Positions 1 to 7,420 of a stretch of 64,000 nucleotides of DNA are shown here, one piece after another. The stretch's first letter is position 1, and every line of letters starts with the position of its first letter. A model generated the notes under the pieces. The model saw only the letters and a list, made by a program, of their open reading frames with translations, was not told the origin of the DNA and ran no database searches. A program made the position numbers and the translations under genes. This DNA is from a virus (taxonomy: Duplodnaviria; Heunggongvirae; Uroviricota; Caudoviricetes), in IMG/VR virus record IMGVR_UViG_3300034107_000364, one strand, 5' to 3'.

Positions 1-78
1 ATTAATGTTTCTACTGATTTATGGGGAAACACACCACAAGAACTAGAAAAACTATTAGGTATATTTTCGGATTTCTAA

Positions 79-161
79 TTGTTCGTAACTTTTTTAAAAA
101 TACTTGACATAATGCTTTTTTATGTCAAGTTTTTCACGTATATTTACATTATAATTAAAAC
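79..161 (+). promoter_or_regulatory. intergenic terminator/promoter cassette, copy 1 (TTGTTCGTAACTTTT ... TTATGTCAA ... GTATATTTACATTATAATTAAAA)
   Basis: ~80-nt conserved module found 14x in window, each ending 8-15 nt upstream of a + strand start codon; contains TAnnTT(A/T)G -7-like and TATAATTAAAA elements. Confidence 0.6.
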
Positions 162-170
162 AGTTAAACT

Positions 171-527
171 ATGCAGATCAAAATTAATAAAGACCAAGAA
201 CAAGTTTTAAAGGACGCTATTGAACTTTACATCTTAAACCTAGTGGGTAAAGGTAAAAAGTATAACAATGCAGTTGAAATCTTAAATACGATTAATTCAA
301 CCGGATTAGTTACTGAAGAAACTAGAATTCCTAAGGTATTTATAGAAAAGCAATATATGTTCACATTTACTGAAGGTGGTTGGAATACAGTTTGGGCTAA
401 AACTAAACGTGGAGCCATCCGAGCTGCCATGTCAGAGTATAAGGATTCAACTCTTAATCCTATTCCCACATCATTCCATGTAGCCACAAAAGCAGGTTTG
501 AAGTCAGCATTGAGCTTATTTTACTAA
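171..527 (+). CDS. hypothetical protein (118 aa)
   Basis: ORF immediately downstream of cassette copy 1, ATG start; no recognisable motifs. Confidence 0.55.
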   Translation: MQIKINKDQEQVLKDAIELYILNLVGKGKKYNNAVEILNTINSTGLVTEETRIPKVFIEKQYMFTFTEGGWNTVWAKTKRGAIRAAMSEYKDSTLNPIPTSFHVATKAGLKSALSLFY

Positions 528-600
528 TTGTTCGTAACTTTTAGAAAATAAATTTTTTATTGTCAATTATTATTAGTATATTAGCTTTATAATTAAAAAC
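528..600 (+). promoter_or_regulatory. terminator/promoter cassette, copy 2
   Basis: TTGTTCGTAACTTTTAGAAAATAAATTTTTTATTGTCAA...GTATATTAGCTTTATAATTAAAAAC; begins at stop codon of previous CDS. Confidence 0.6.
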
Positions 601-607
601 AAATAAG

Positions 608-787
608 ATGTCAACAACAGAAATTAGAGCAGAACTTGTAGAATTAATCAATAGTGGTATGTTAAACGTTCCTAAACTTGTTAAATTCTTTAAGACAAAT
701 CGACCAACAGCTAACATAGTTACAGTCACAGAAGAAGCAAAGGAATTGGTCGCTGAAGTAAAAATGGTAATAAAAAGAGGTTATTAA
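608..787 (+). CDS. hypothetical small protein (59 aa, below ORF-track cutoff)
   Basis: ATG 8 nt after cassette copy 2; MSTTEIRAELVELINSGMLNVPKLVKFF...; same spacing as other cassette-driven genes. Confidence 0.45.
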   Translation: MSTTEIRAELVELINSGMLNVPKLVKFFKTNRPTANIVTVTEEAKELVAEVKMVIKRGY

Positions 788-789
788 AA

Positions 790-862
790 TTGTTAATAAC
801 TTTTAGAAAATAAATTTTTTATTGTCAAATATTTGTCGTATATTAGCCTTATAATTAAAAAC
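790..862 (+). promoter_or_regulatory. terminator/promoter cassette, copy 3 (variant TTGTTAATAACTTTT)
   Basis: ...TTTTTTATTGTCAAATATTTGTCGTATATTAGCCTTATAATTAAAAAC upstream of sigma factor gene. Confidence 0.6.
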
Positions 863-879
863 TTAAAAAAAACAATCAT

Positions 880-1494
880 ATGTCAAAACAACCAAAACAA
901 CTTAGTTACAGAGAATTATCAGAAAACTTTATTCGTACTAAATCAGAAAAGGACTACAATGCTCTTTATGCACGAGTAAAACCAGGACTTAAAAACTATA
1001 TTGCAAATGTAGTTAAGGATTCTGAAGCTACTGATGATATTCTTACTAATACTCTAACAAAAATGTGGACTAAGATTGATCAATATGATCCATCATACCA
1101 AATCACAACTTGGTTATATCGCATCGCATTTAATGAGTGTCTTGGATGGATTCGTCAACGTAACTCTAAATATAGTATTGATACTATGAAAGAGTATGGC
1201 ATTGAAATCTCTGAACAGTTTGCTCATACTTCTGCTAAAGACTTATTGATCGAGTCAGAATTCAAGACTGAAGCAGATTGGTTATTAGAAGATCAAGATC
1301 TTACTAATCGCTATGAATTAGCTTTGAATAACATCAATGATTTGAAACCAATGTATAAAGAGATCATCGAAGATCGATTACTTAATGACATGAAATATGA
1401 AGATATTGCTGAAAAGTACAATCTTCCATTACAGACTATTAAGAACCGAATTCGTCGAGGTAAGTCTATCATTGCAGAAAATATGGGATATTAA
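880..1494 (+). CDS. phage-encoded sigma-70 family (ECF-like) RNA polymerase sigma factor
   Basis: region-2-like TWLYRIAFNECLGWIRQR and C-terminal region-4 HTH YEDIAEKYNLPLQTIKNRIRRGK; 204 aa typical ECF size. Confidence 0.65.
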   Translation: MSKQPKQLSYRELSENFIRTKSEKDYNALYARVKPGLKNYIANVVKDSEATDDILTNTLTKMWTKIDQYDPSYQITTWLYRIAFNECLGWIRQRNSKYSIDTMKEYGIEISEQFAHTSAKDLLIESEFKTEADWLLEDQDLTNRYELALNNINDLKPMYKEIIEDRLLNDMKYEDIAEKYNLPLQTIKNRIRRGKSIIAENMGY

Positions 1495-1648
1495 TTCTAT
1501 ATTTTTATCAAAAAACAGATGAAACAAAAAATAAAGGGGATATATAAATCTCATGATGACAACATTTACATATAATTTAGACACTGACAGATTACCAGAA
1601 GGTAATTCAAAGGCTCTCTTTATGTAAAGTTAACACAACGCTATCATG

Positions 1649-1681
1649 AAAAAGAGTCTCCGAAAGAGACTCTTTTTTTTG
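1649..1681 (+). terminator. rho-independent terminator
   Basis: AAGAGTCTC-cgaa-GAGACTCTT hairpin followed by T9. Confidence 0.7.
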
Positions 1682-1759
1682 AAACAAACTCAACGCTATC
1701 GGTATAAAGATAGCAAATAACAAAACGAGTTCATTGACATATTGGTAAGAAAGAAAGTT

Positions 1760-1844
1760 GCTCGGGTGGTGGAATTGGTAGACACGCCAGACTTAAAATC
1801 TTGTGGACCTTGTGTCCGTGCGGGTTCGATTCCCGCCCCGAGTA
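1760..1844 (+). tRNA. tRNA-Leu(TAA)
   Basis: acceptor GCTCGGG/CCCGAGT, D-arm GTGGAATTGGTAGACAC, anticodon loop CTTAAAA, long variable arm, T-loop TTCGATT. Confidence 0.8.
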
Positions 1845-1856
1845 CAACAAAAAAAT

Positions 1857-1930
1857 GATTCGATAGCTCAACTGGATAGAGCAACGCCCTTCTAAGGCGT
1901 AGGTTGAAGGTTCGACTCCTTCTCGAATCA
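1857..1930 (+). tRNA. tRNA-Arg(TCT)
   Basis: acceptor GATTCGA/TCGAATC, anticodon stem ACGCC/GGCGT with loop CTTCTAA, T-loop TTCGACT. Confidence 0.85.
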
Positions 1931-1973
1931 CAATCTAAACATGGTGTTTAGAGGTTAAAACAAAAACAAAAAG

Positions 1974-2147
1974 ATGAAAAAAGTATTTTTCGCAGCAGTT
2001 TTCGCAGTGTTGGCTTTGGCCTCATGCAAGAACACATCAACTTCAGAAGAAGCAACTACAACTGATTCAACAACCGTAGTAGTAGACTCTGCAGCAGTAA
2101 CAGTAGATAGTACATTAGTAGATTCTACTGCAGCTCAAGTAAAGTAA
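1974..2147 (+). CDS. small lipoprotein (57 aa) embedded in tRNA array
   Basis: MKKVFFAAVFAVLALASC lipobox-type signal peptide, Ser/Thr-rich tail; sits between tRNA-Arg and tRNA-Thr. Confidence 0.45.
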   Translation: MKKVFFAAVFAVLALASCKNTSTSEEATTTDSTTVVVDSAAVTVDSTLVDSTAAQVK

Positions 2148-2255
2148 GAAGCTTTAAAAAGCTGATCCTAAACCCTATCGAAAGATAGGTAAAATAGAGA
2201 GAACCAGTAATCTGCGGGTAAACCATAAGATTAGAATACGTCATACTCTATTTAT

Positions 2256-2328
2256 GCCTCCATAGCTCAGTTGGTAGAGCAGCTGATTTGTAATCAGCAG
2301 GTCGTTGGTTCGAGTCCGACTGGAGGCT
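2256..2328 (+). tRNA. tRNA-Thr(TGT)
   Basis: acceptor GCCTCCA/TGGAGGC, D-arm TAGCTCAGTTGGTAGAGC, anticodon loop TTTGTAA. Confidence 0.85.
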
Positions 2329-2343
2329 CATTTAATAAAAATA

Positions 2344-3288
2344 ATGAATAAATTTATGAATGGTTATCACACTTATTATAAATTTGAAAATGAATTTAGA
2401 AAGAGCTATCATGAATATGAAGCAATTGATGTTTTAGCTCAATTAACTTCTATTCTATTTTGGAAAAAGAATTACGGTTCAATCAAACTATATTCTAATA
2501 CTGATCATTTAGATCTTATTAAAAAATATGGAATTGATAAAGAATATGATTTTATAGACACTAATTTACTGGATTCAATGCCATATAAAGATAAAGCATC
2601 AAGATATTGGAGTTTCTCTAAGATTCACGCTGCTAAGGAAATATCTAAATATGATAAAGAATTTTGTATAATTGATACAGATCTATGGATTAAAGAACCT
2701 AATCTACTTAATACAGATTCTGATTTTAGTTTATATCATGAAGAGCATTTCGATATAAATATAGGTTTCAATAATTATCATGATCCTATAAATTGGATGA
2801 ATGATATTAAAGAATTTGATTGGACATGTTGGCCCATGAACTGTGCTATTATGTATTTTAATAATAGAACTAAAGAGTTGATAGATTCTTGGTATAATGA
2901 AGTTACTAAAGTAATTGAATTAGACAAGAACCCTGATAATTTAAAAAATAAACGTAATAGTGCTATTTTTATAGAACAGAGACTATTACCTACTATTGCT
3001 AGAAAACTTGCAATAACTTGTAGTTCAATTAAACCAAATGCATTTTTGGTTAGAACTTTTAAAGAGAATATTGAATGGAATGAAAAATGGAAACCTTTTT
3101 TAAATTCATCAGATGAGAGTCTTAAAATTGAACATTCGATTATTCACATTTGGGGTAAAAGAATGAGATATAATGAAGATTGGACTAGAAAAAATGTATT
3201 GAAACAGATTCTAAGAGATTTACAACAATTTCCTAGAATAGAACAAAAATACGAAAAGTTATTTAATGAATGTTATAAATTAATTTAA
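2344..3288 (+). CDS. hypothetical protein (314 aa), possible GT-A-like nucleotide-sugar transferase
   Basis: ORF track start (TTG at 2305) overlaps tRNA-Thr, so first ATG at 2344 used; CIIDTDLW could be a DxD motif; weak. Confidence 0.5.
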   Translation: MNKFMNGYHTYYKFENEFRKSYHEYEAIDVLAQLTSILFWKKNYGSIKLYSNTDHLDLIKKYGIDKEYDFIDTNLLDSMPYKDKASRYWSFSKIHAAKEISKYDKEFCIIDTDLWIKEPNLLNTDSDFSLYHEEHFDINIGFNNYHDPINWMNDIKEFDWTCWPMNCAIMYFNNRTKELIDSWYNEVTKVIELDKNPDNLKNKRNSAIFIEQRLLPTIARKLAITCSSIKPNAFLVRTFKENIEWNEKWKPFLNSSDESLKIEHSIIHIWGKRMRYNEDWTRKNVLKQILRDLQQFPRIEQKYEKLFNECYKLI

Positions 3289-3471
3289 AAAGTGTAGCTC
3301 AGTGACATTAATGAGAGCAATCTTCAGTACTTCGCAATTTGCAAGGAACATAGACGTGACGGTAGGTTGGATTCCTCCCACTTTTTTTATTTAGATGGTG
3401 TCTCGGTACGCTCTGAAGAAATTCAACGACGAGGTCTCGGTAGGCAAAAGGCCTTTGATCCTACCCATATT

Positions 3472-3543
3472 GGTCCTGTAGTTAAACGGCTATAATGCAG
3501 CCCTGTCACGGCTGAGTTCGGAGTTCGATTCTCCGTGGGACCG
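3472..3543 (+). tRNA. tRNA-Asp(GTC)
   Basis: acceptor GGTCCTG/TGGGACC (two G-U), anticodon stem CAGCC/GGCTG with loop CTGTCAC, T-arm CGGAG-TTCGATT-CTCCG. Confidence 0.7.
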
Positions 3544-3912
3544 CAAGTTGATAATGAAAAAGTATTTTACGAGTATGCTAAATGGGACACTGCCAAAACC
3601 CAATAACCCATAGTTTAGCGAAAGTAAGAGAAAGACAATGGCGCATCAGGAACCTTAGAGGCCGCAATCTCAATTGGTATTTAGAAGACGAAGTGATAGC
3701 TTCATTTATCCTGCTCTGGTAAGAAATTTGGTCAATTTATCAATGATTACGCTTAAAACCAGTTCGCGTTAAGGTAACAAGTGGCGGCGTGCGGCGACTA
3801 TGAAACAGTAGTTGAGTCTTTTTAGAACAAGACATAAAAGAATTCGAAACCTTGGAATTATCAAATATTCCTAAAGCCACCACAGAAGGTGCAGTTGGTG
3901 ACCTTCTATTTT

Positions 3913-3984
3913 GGCCCCATCGTCTATCGGTTAGGACGCCAGGTTTTCATCCTGGAAAGTCGGGTTCGACTCCCGGTGGGGCTA
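3913..3984 (+). tRNA. tRNA-Glu(TTC)
   Basis: acceptor GGCCCCA/TGGGGCT, anticodon stem CCAGG/CCTGG with loop TTTTCAT, T-loop TTCGACT. Confidence 0.75.
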
Positions 3985-4235
3985 CTATTATCTTTTCTTA
4001 CTAATATGTCAATAGAACTATTTTTAAATAATTTATAAAAAAACACATAAATCATGAAACTTTTAAAAAGTTAATGATATATACTATAATAATACAAAAA
4101 ACAACAACGATGAAACGCAACAACTTACATATAAAATATTGTCTACAGATGATCAGCTGGATATTTAATCCGGGGGTTAATCATGGGCGTGTCTTATCTA
4201 TAAGTTGATAGTATAATTATTTCAACATTTAGTTA

Positions 4236-4270
4236 AACCAAGCCCATTAAAAAGCTTGGTTTTTTTTTGT
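4236..4270 (+). terminator. rho-independent terminator
   Basis: ACCAAGC-ccattaaaa-GCTTGGT hairpin + T9. Confidence 0.6.
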
Positions 4271-4285
4271 TTAAAATTTTAAAAC

Positions 4286-4356
4286 GTTTGGTTGGCCGAT
4301 CGGTTAGGCGCAGGATTGCAAACTCTGTAAGGTTGGTTCGATTCCAACACTAAACT
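4286..4356 (+). tRNA. tRNA-Cys(GCA)
   Basis: acceptor GTTTGGT/ACTAAAC, anticodon loop TTGCAAA, T-arm GTTGG-TTCGATT-CCAAC. Confidence 0.65.
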
Positions 4357-4394
4357 CAGAACAAAGAGTTCTTTGACATCTTGGTGAAAACGAT

Positions 4395-4467
4395 GGAGCA
4401 GTGGCAGATGAGGTCATTGCGCTGGACTGAAAATCCAGAGGAGTTGGATCGATACCAACCTGCTCCA
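4395..4467 (+). tRNA. tRNA-Phe(GAA)
   Basis: acceptor GGAGCAG/CTGCTCC, anticodon stem CTGGA/TCCAG with loop CTGAAAA. Confidence 0.8.
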
Positions 4468-4473
4468 CAATAT

Positions 4474-4544
4474 TGTCCTTTGGTCTAATGGCAGGACACG
4501 TGGTTTTGATCCACGCGGTGGAGGTTCGAATCCTTCAGGGACAA
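4474..4544 (+). tRNA. tRNA-Gln(TTG)
   Basis: U1-A72 acceptor TGTCCTT/AGGGACA (as in bacterial tRNA-Gln), anticodon stem CGTGG/CCACG with loop TTTTGAT, T-loop TTCGAAT. Confidence 0.75.
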
Positions 4545-4549
4545 CAATA

Positions 4550-4621
4550 CGGGATATAGTCTTGGGGTGAGACGCTTGCTTTGGGAGCAAGAGGCGGCAG
4601 GTTCGACACCTGCTATCCCGA
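4550..4621 (+). tRNA. tRNA-Pro(TGG)
   Basis: C1-G72 acceptor CGGGATA/TATCCCG, anticodon stem CTTGC/GCAAG with loop TTTGGGA. Confidence 0.8.
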
Positions 4622-4627
4622 CAAAAA

Positions 4628-4708
4628 TGTTCGTAACTTTTGAAAAATAATTACGAAAACGTTTTTTAGATTCAAAAACTTTGTGTATATTTACATATAA
4701 TTAATAAC
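4628..4708 (+). promoter_or_regulatory. terminator/promoter cassette, copy 4, inside tRNA array
   Basis: ATGTTCGTAACTTTTGAAAAATAATTACGAAAACGTTTTTTAGATTCAAAAACTTTGTGTATATTTACATATAATTAATAAC; ~35 nt upstream of tRNA-Gly, implying it drives tRNA transcription. Confidence 0.55.
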
Positions 4709-4742
4709 GAAAGTTCTTTGACATGTTGGAAATAACAAATAA

Positions 4743-4814
4743 GCAGATGTCGTATAATGGTCATTACTCCAGACTTCCAATCTGGAGATGAGAGTTCGAT
4801 TCTCTCCATCTGCT
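4743..4814 (+). tRNA. tRNA-Gly(TCC)
   Basis: acceptor GCAGATG/CATCTGC, anticodon stem CCAGA/TCTGG with loop CTTCCAA, T-arm GAGAG-TTCGATT-CTCTC. Confidence 0.85.
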
Positions 4815-5290
4815 CGAGAGAGACTGTTATTAATTCATAGGGCGTATAGAGTCGCTACATAGAATTAGACCTTAATTTTGAGACGTTTATGATTAGGTTC
4901 GCTACCTAATCAAAGATGCGATCCGAAACCTTAGTAATAAGGCAGCTCAAATTAAAAAGTGTTGGCTTCAGACTCCCAGTAGGGAAGTACACTTAAATAA
5001 AACAACAACGGGGAAAGTGTCGACTCGAGAAACGGCAAGTACCAACGACGGGAAGCGGTATCAATCAAACACCTCTACGTGGTGATACTAGAAATTGGTT
5101 ATGAACCTTGCGCAAGGAAAGCAACCAAAACCAAGTTTGAAAATGCATAGGTAACCGAAAGAATGTGGTTCGAGTCCACACCCGTAATAGCCAAAGGGTT
5201 GAAGCATTGAGGATGATGCATAGGTTATAACAGAGCTGCAGCTCTAGGATAGGTCTGGTTAAAGTAGGCAGTGCCAATACAAAAGGTTCG
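4815..5290 (+). other. tRNA-debris region: orphan T-arm/acceptor-like hairpins without cognate 5' halves
   Basis: GATTAGG-TTCGCTA-CCTAATC; TGTGG-TTCGAGT-CCACA followed by CCCGTAA with no pairing 5' acceptor; 59-nt mini tRNA-like GGATAGG...AAAGG-TTCGAAT-CCTTT-CTATCC. Confidence 0.4.
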
Positions 5291-5400
5291 AATCCTTTCT
5301 ATCCACAATTTAATAATTACCCCAGTATGATTGGTAAGCGTCAGAAAGTAACATCTGAGTGGCAGTGTAATTATTAAGAGGTAAGGAAAAGACTAAAAAT

Positions 5401-5497
5401 GATTATGAGGCCATTGGTTGGCGGCACCTCACAAAGGTTGAGTTGAAATACACTCTTTATTGTAAAGCTGAAATTGGTTCGAATCCAATCATAATTA
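5401..5497 (+). tRNA. atypical tRNA-like (type II, 97 nt), anticodon unresolved
   Basis: acceptor GATTATG/CATAATT, clean T-arm ATTGG-TTCGAAT-CCAAT, but ~29-nt variable region and poor anticodon stem; possible pseudo-tRNA. Confidence 0.3.
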
Positions 5498-5625
5498 CAA
5501 ATTCTAAGAGTAATTAACTTAGAACTGTCAGGTTCGAAACTGACGATTGATATTGGTGTAATGGAGCACGGAGGCCGTAATTGGAGCTCAGGTTTAAGGT
5601 TCGAATCCTTTTATATCAGCAATAT

Positions 5626-5699
5626 TCCTCGGTAGCTCAGTTGGTTAGAGCACCTGACTGTTAATCAGGGGGTCGTAAGTTCGAGTCTTACCCGGGGAG
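5626..5699 (+). tRNA. tRNA-Asn(GTT)
   Basis: acceptor TCCTCGG/CCGGGGA, D-arm TAGCTCAGTTGGTTAGAGC, anticodon stem CCTGA/TCAGG with loop CTGTTAA. Confidence 0.8.
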
Positions 5700-5850
5700 C
5701 AAACAAGGAAACAACCCCTGAGTTGATGTGGCCACATCCGGACTCAAGAGAAGTAAAGTTACCAGATGGGTGCGTAACGCCTTGGGTTATTATGACTTAA
5801 CAATGATACGAGCCTCCCAAAGTTCGCAAAATAACATAATAACCAAATTT

Positions 5851-5931
5851 GGGAGTGTTGAGCAACGGTTGCTTAGCGGACTGTAAATCCGTGGCCTTAC
5901 GGCGTTGGGGGTTCGAATCCCTCCACTCCCA
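5851..5931 (+). tRNA. tRNA-Tyr(GTA)
   Basis: acceptor GGGAGTG/CACTCCC, anticodon stem GCGGA/TCCGT with loop CTGTAAA, long variable arm, T-arm GGGGG-TTCGAAT-CCCTC. Confidence 0.8.
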
Positions 5932-5940
5932 CTATAATAT

Positions 5941-6011
5941 ACATATATGGTGCAATGGTAGCATGACGGTCTCCAAAACCGTTGATGGGAGTTCGAATCT
6001 CTCTATGTGTG
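5941..6011 (+). tRNA. tRNA-Trp(CCA)
   Basis: acceptor ACATATA/TATGTGT, anticodon stem ACGGT/ACCGT with loop CTCCAAA, T-arm GGGAG-TTCGAAT-CTCTC. Confidence 0.75.
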
Positions 6012-6205
6012 CAAATAATAAGTTGATATGCTGTGAACATTAATGTAGGCATACATTGATTAGGTGGGTTCGAATCCTGTTCAATAATTCCTATGTGGTG
6101 GAGCCAAGTAACAGATAACATATCATAGCCGGTATGGGTTGTGCACCTCGTCCGAGAAACCCTAATAGTTCCTAATAGTTCGGTATGGAACAACTTATTA
6201 TTAAT

Positions 6206-6279
6206 GGACTTGTAGCTCAGTTGGTTAGAGCACCGCACTCATAATGCGTAGGTCGTTGGTTCGAACCCATCCTGGTCCA
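6206..6279 (+). tRNA. tRNA with CAT anticodon (Met or Ile2), CCA encoded downstream (6280-6282)
   Basis: D-arm TAGCTCAGTTGGTTAGAGC, anticodon stem CCGCA/TGCGT with loop CTCATAA, T-loop TTCGAAC, 3' CTGGTCCACCA. Confidence 0.7.
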
Positions 6280-6283
6280 CCAT

Positions 6284-6355
6284 AGTCGATTAGTTTAACG
6301 GATAGAACACCCGACTACGGATCGGGAGATAAGGGTTCGAATCCTTTATTGACTA
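6284..6355 (+). tRNA. tRNA-Arg(ACG)
   Basis: acceptor AGTCGAT/ATTGACT, anticodon stem CCCGA/TCGGG with loop CTACGGA, T-arm AAGGG-TTCGAAT-CCTTT. Confidence 0.8.
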
Positions 6356-6365
6356 CAAATATATT

Positions 6366-6438
6366 GCGGGTTAAAGTTCTGGTGAACTTATCGGTCTCAT
6401 AAGCCGAATGAAGGGTAGTTCGATTCTGCCACCCGCTA
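6366..6438 (+). tRNA. tRNA with CAT anticodon (second copy; Met/fMet/Ile2 not distinguishable)
   Basis: anticodon stem TCGGT/GCCGA with loop CTCATAA, T-arm GGTAG-TTCGATT-CTGCC; acceptor has G-U at 1-72 and one mismatch. Confidence 0.55.
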
Positions 6439-6443
6439 CTAAA

Positions 6444-6517
6444 TTGCGAAATGGTAGAGTTGGTTTCTTACGGTGCTCTCATAAGGCATAGACACAGGTT
6501 CGAGTCCTGTTTTCGCA
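6444..6517 (+). tRNA. tRNA with CAT anticodon (third copy, weaker)
   Basis: acceptor TGCGAAA/TTTCGCA, anticodon loop CTCATAA flanked by stem with 2 G-U pairs, T-arm ACAGG-TTCGAGT-CCTGT. Confidence 0.5.
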
Positions 6518-6570
6518 ACAAAAGTTTTTAGGGTGGTTCTGGTTCTTCAAAAACGCTATCACCTCCACCA

Positions 6571-6644
6571 GACTTCGTAGCTCAGTTGGTTAGAGCATCG
6601 CACTTTTAATGCGAGGGTCGATGGTTCGAGTCCATCCGGGGTCA
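6571..6644 (+). tRNA. tRNA-Lys(TTT)
   Basis: acceptor GACTTCG/CGGGGTC, anticodon stem TCGCA/TGCGA with loop CTTTTAA. Confidence 0.85.
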
Positions 6645-6744
6645 CTTGCTTCACTCATAATACTGCGATCTCTCAGTTAAAAGCTGTCGTAGAGTAAAGT
6701 TATAGTCCAATATGGCTATAGGTTATGACAAAGTGAAGCTCCAT

Positions 6745-6819
6745 GCTTTCTTAGCTCAGTTGGTTCAGAGCGCCTCGTTTACACCGAGGAGGTCACAGGT
6801 TCGAACCCTGTAGAAAGCA
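6745..6819 (+). tRNA. tRNA-Val(TAC)
   Basis: acceptor GCTTTCT/AGAAAGC, anticodon stem CCTCG/CGAGG with loop TTTACAC, T-arm ACAGG-TTCGAAC-CCTGT. Confidence 0.85.
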
Positions 6820-6888
6820 CAGTCGGCGCCCAAAGGACGCAGGACCTGGCCAGAGATTTATTCTTGCAAACTCGATGCCGAAAGTCGA

Positions 6889-6915
6889 GCTGCCGATCTA
6901 CGGGATCGGCTTTAT
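6889..6915 (+). terminator. GC-rich hairpin + T-run (terminator-like) inside tRNA array
   Basis: GCCGATC-tacgg-GATCGGC followed by TTTAT; lies in an unusual GC-rich 90-nt island. Confidence 0.4.
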
Positions 6916-6997
6916 GCCCGAGTGGTGGAATTGGTAGACACACTAGATTTAGGATCTAGCGCCGAGAGGTTTGAGGGTTCGAGTCCCTCCTTGGGTA
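6916..6997 (+). tRNA. tRNA-Leu(TAG)
   Basis: acceptor GCCCGAG/CTTGGGT, D-arm GTGGAATTGGTAGACAC, anticodon stem CTAGA/TCTAG with loop TTTAGGA, long variable arm. Confidence 0.8.
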
Positions 6998-7000
6998 CTA

Positions 7001-7058
7001 TGTTCATTATAAATGAATGTTCATTGCCAATGAACACATGAAAATAATGAACACACAT
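7001..7058. repeat. cluster of 4 alternating TGTTCAT / ATGAACA heptamers (inverted repeats)
   Basis: tgttcattataaatgaatgttcattgccaatgaacacatgaaaataatgaacaca directly upstream of tRNA-His. Confidence 0.5.
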
Positions 7059-7132
7059 GGTGGTTATAGTGTTAGCGGTTAGCACGTCAGTTTGTGGTAC
7101 TGATAGCATGGGTTCGAATCCCATTAATCACC
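7059..7132 (+). tRNA. tRNA-His(GTG) with encoded G-1
   Basis: G-1 then GTGGTTA/TAATCAC, discriminator C, anticodon stem TCAGT/ACTGA with loop TTGTGGT. Confidence 0.85.
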
Positions 7133-7139
7133 CAAAATT

Positions 7140-7224
7140 GGAAGATTGTCAGAGCGGTCTATAGTGCAACTTTGCTAAAGTTGTGGATGTCACAGTCCCG
7201 AAGGTTCGAATCCTTCATCTTCCG
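7140..7224 (+). tRNA. tRNA-Ser(GCT)
   Basis: acceptor GGAAGAT/ATCTTCC, anticodon stem CAACT/AGTTG with loop TTGCTAA, long variable arm, T-arm GAAGG-TTCGAAT-CCTTC. Confidence 0.85.
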
Positions 7225-7329
7225 CAAAAAATGAAACTTTTTTAATTGATCAAGTATAATTATCAAATTAACAAAGTTCTTTAAAATATTAAAGGTTTCT
7301 TACAGCAATTAAAAAGCAATCAGAACCGG

Positions 7330-7420
7330 TACATTGTAGGTTCGAGTCCTACCTCTCCAACAACACAACTATGAAAACTTGGAGAGTGGTGAAATTGGTA
7401 AACACACTGGTAAGCAAAAA
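7330..7420 (+). other. tRNA halves in permuted order: 3'-half-like (T-arm + acceptor CTCTCCA) ~25 nt upstream of complementary 5'-half-like (TGGAGAG + Leu-type D-arm)
   Basis: GTAGG-TTCGAGT-CCTAC-CTCTCCA at 7336-7359 has no 5' partner upstream; TGGAGAG-TG-GTGAAATTGGTAAACAC at 7380-7406 has no 3' partner downstream; the two pair perfectly with each other; flanked by repeated ACAGCAA(A)T motifs. Confidence 0.35.

Noticed and set aside
5230-5290. T-arm plus acceptor ending ...GGTTCGAATCC...CTATCCACA considered as a tmRNA 3' end.
   Set aside because: The only complementary 5' acceptor (GGATAGG) is 52 nt upstream, leaving no room for the mRNA-like domain and pseudoknots, and there is no tag-peptide reading frame. 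It was classed as a mini tRNA-like remnant.
3290-5500. Group I intron-containing tRNA as an explanation for the over-long or unfoldable tRNA-like tracts.
   Set aside because: No recognisable P/Q/R/S core elements or conserved G-binding site could be seen by eye, and the inserts are too short (20-60 nt) for group I introns. This remains open to a covariance-model scan.
6170-6190. Perfect 10-nt direct repeat ctaatagttc ctaatagttc.
   Set aside because: It is a single short duplication in AT-rich spacer between tRNA-like tract and tRNA(CAT). It is most likely a slippage duplication and has no other copies in the window.
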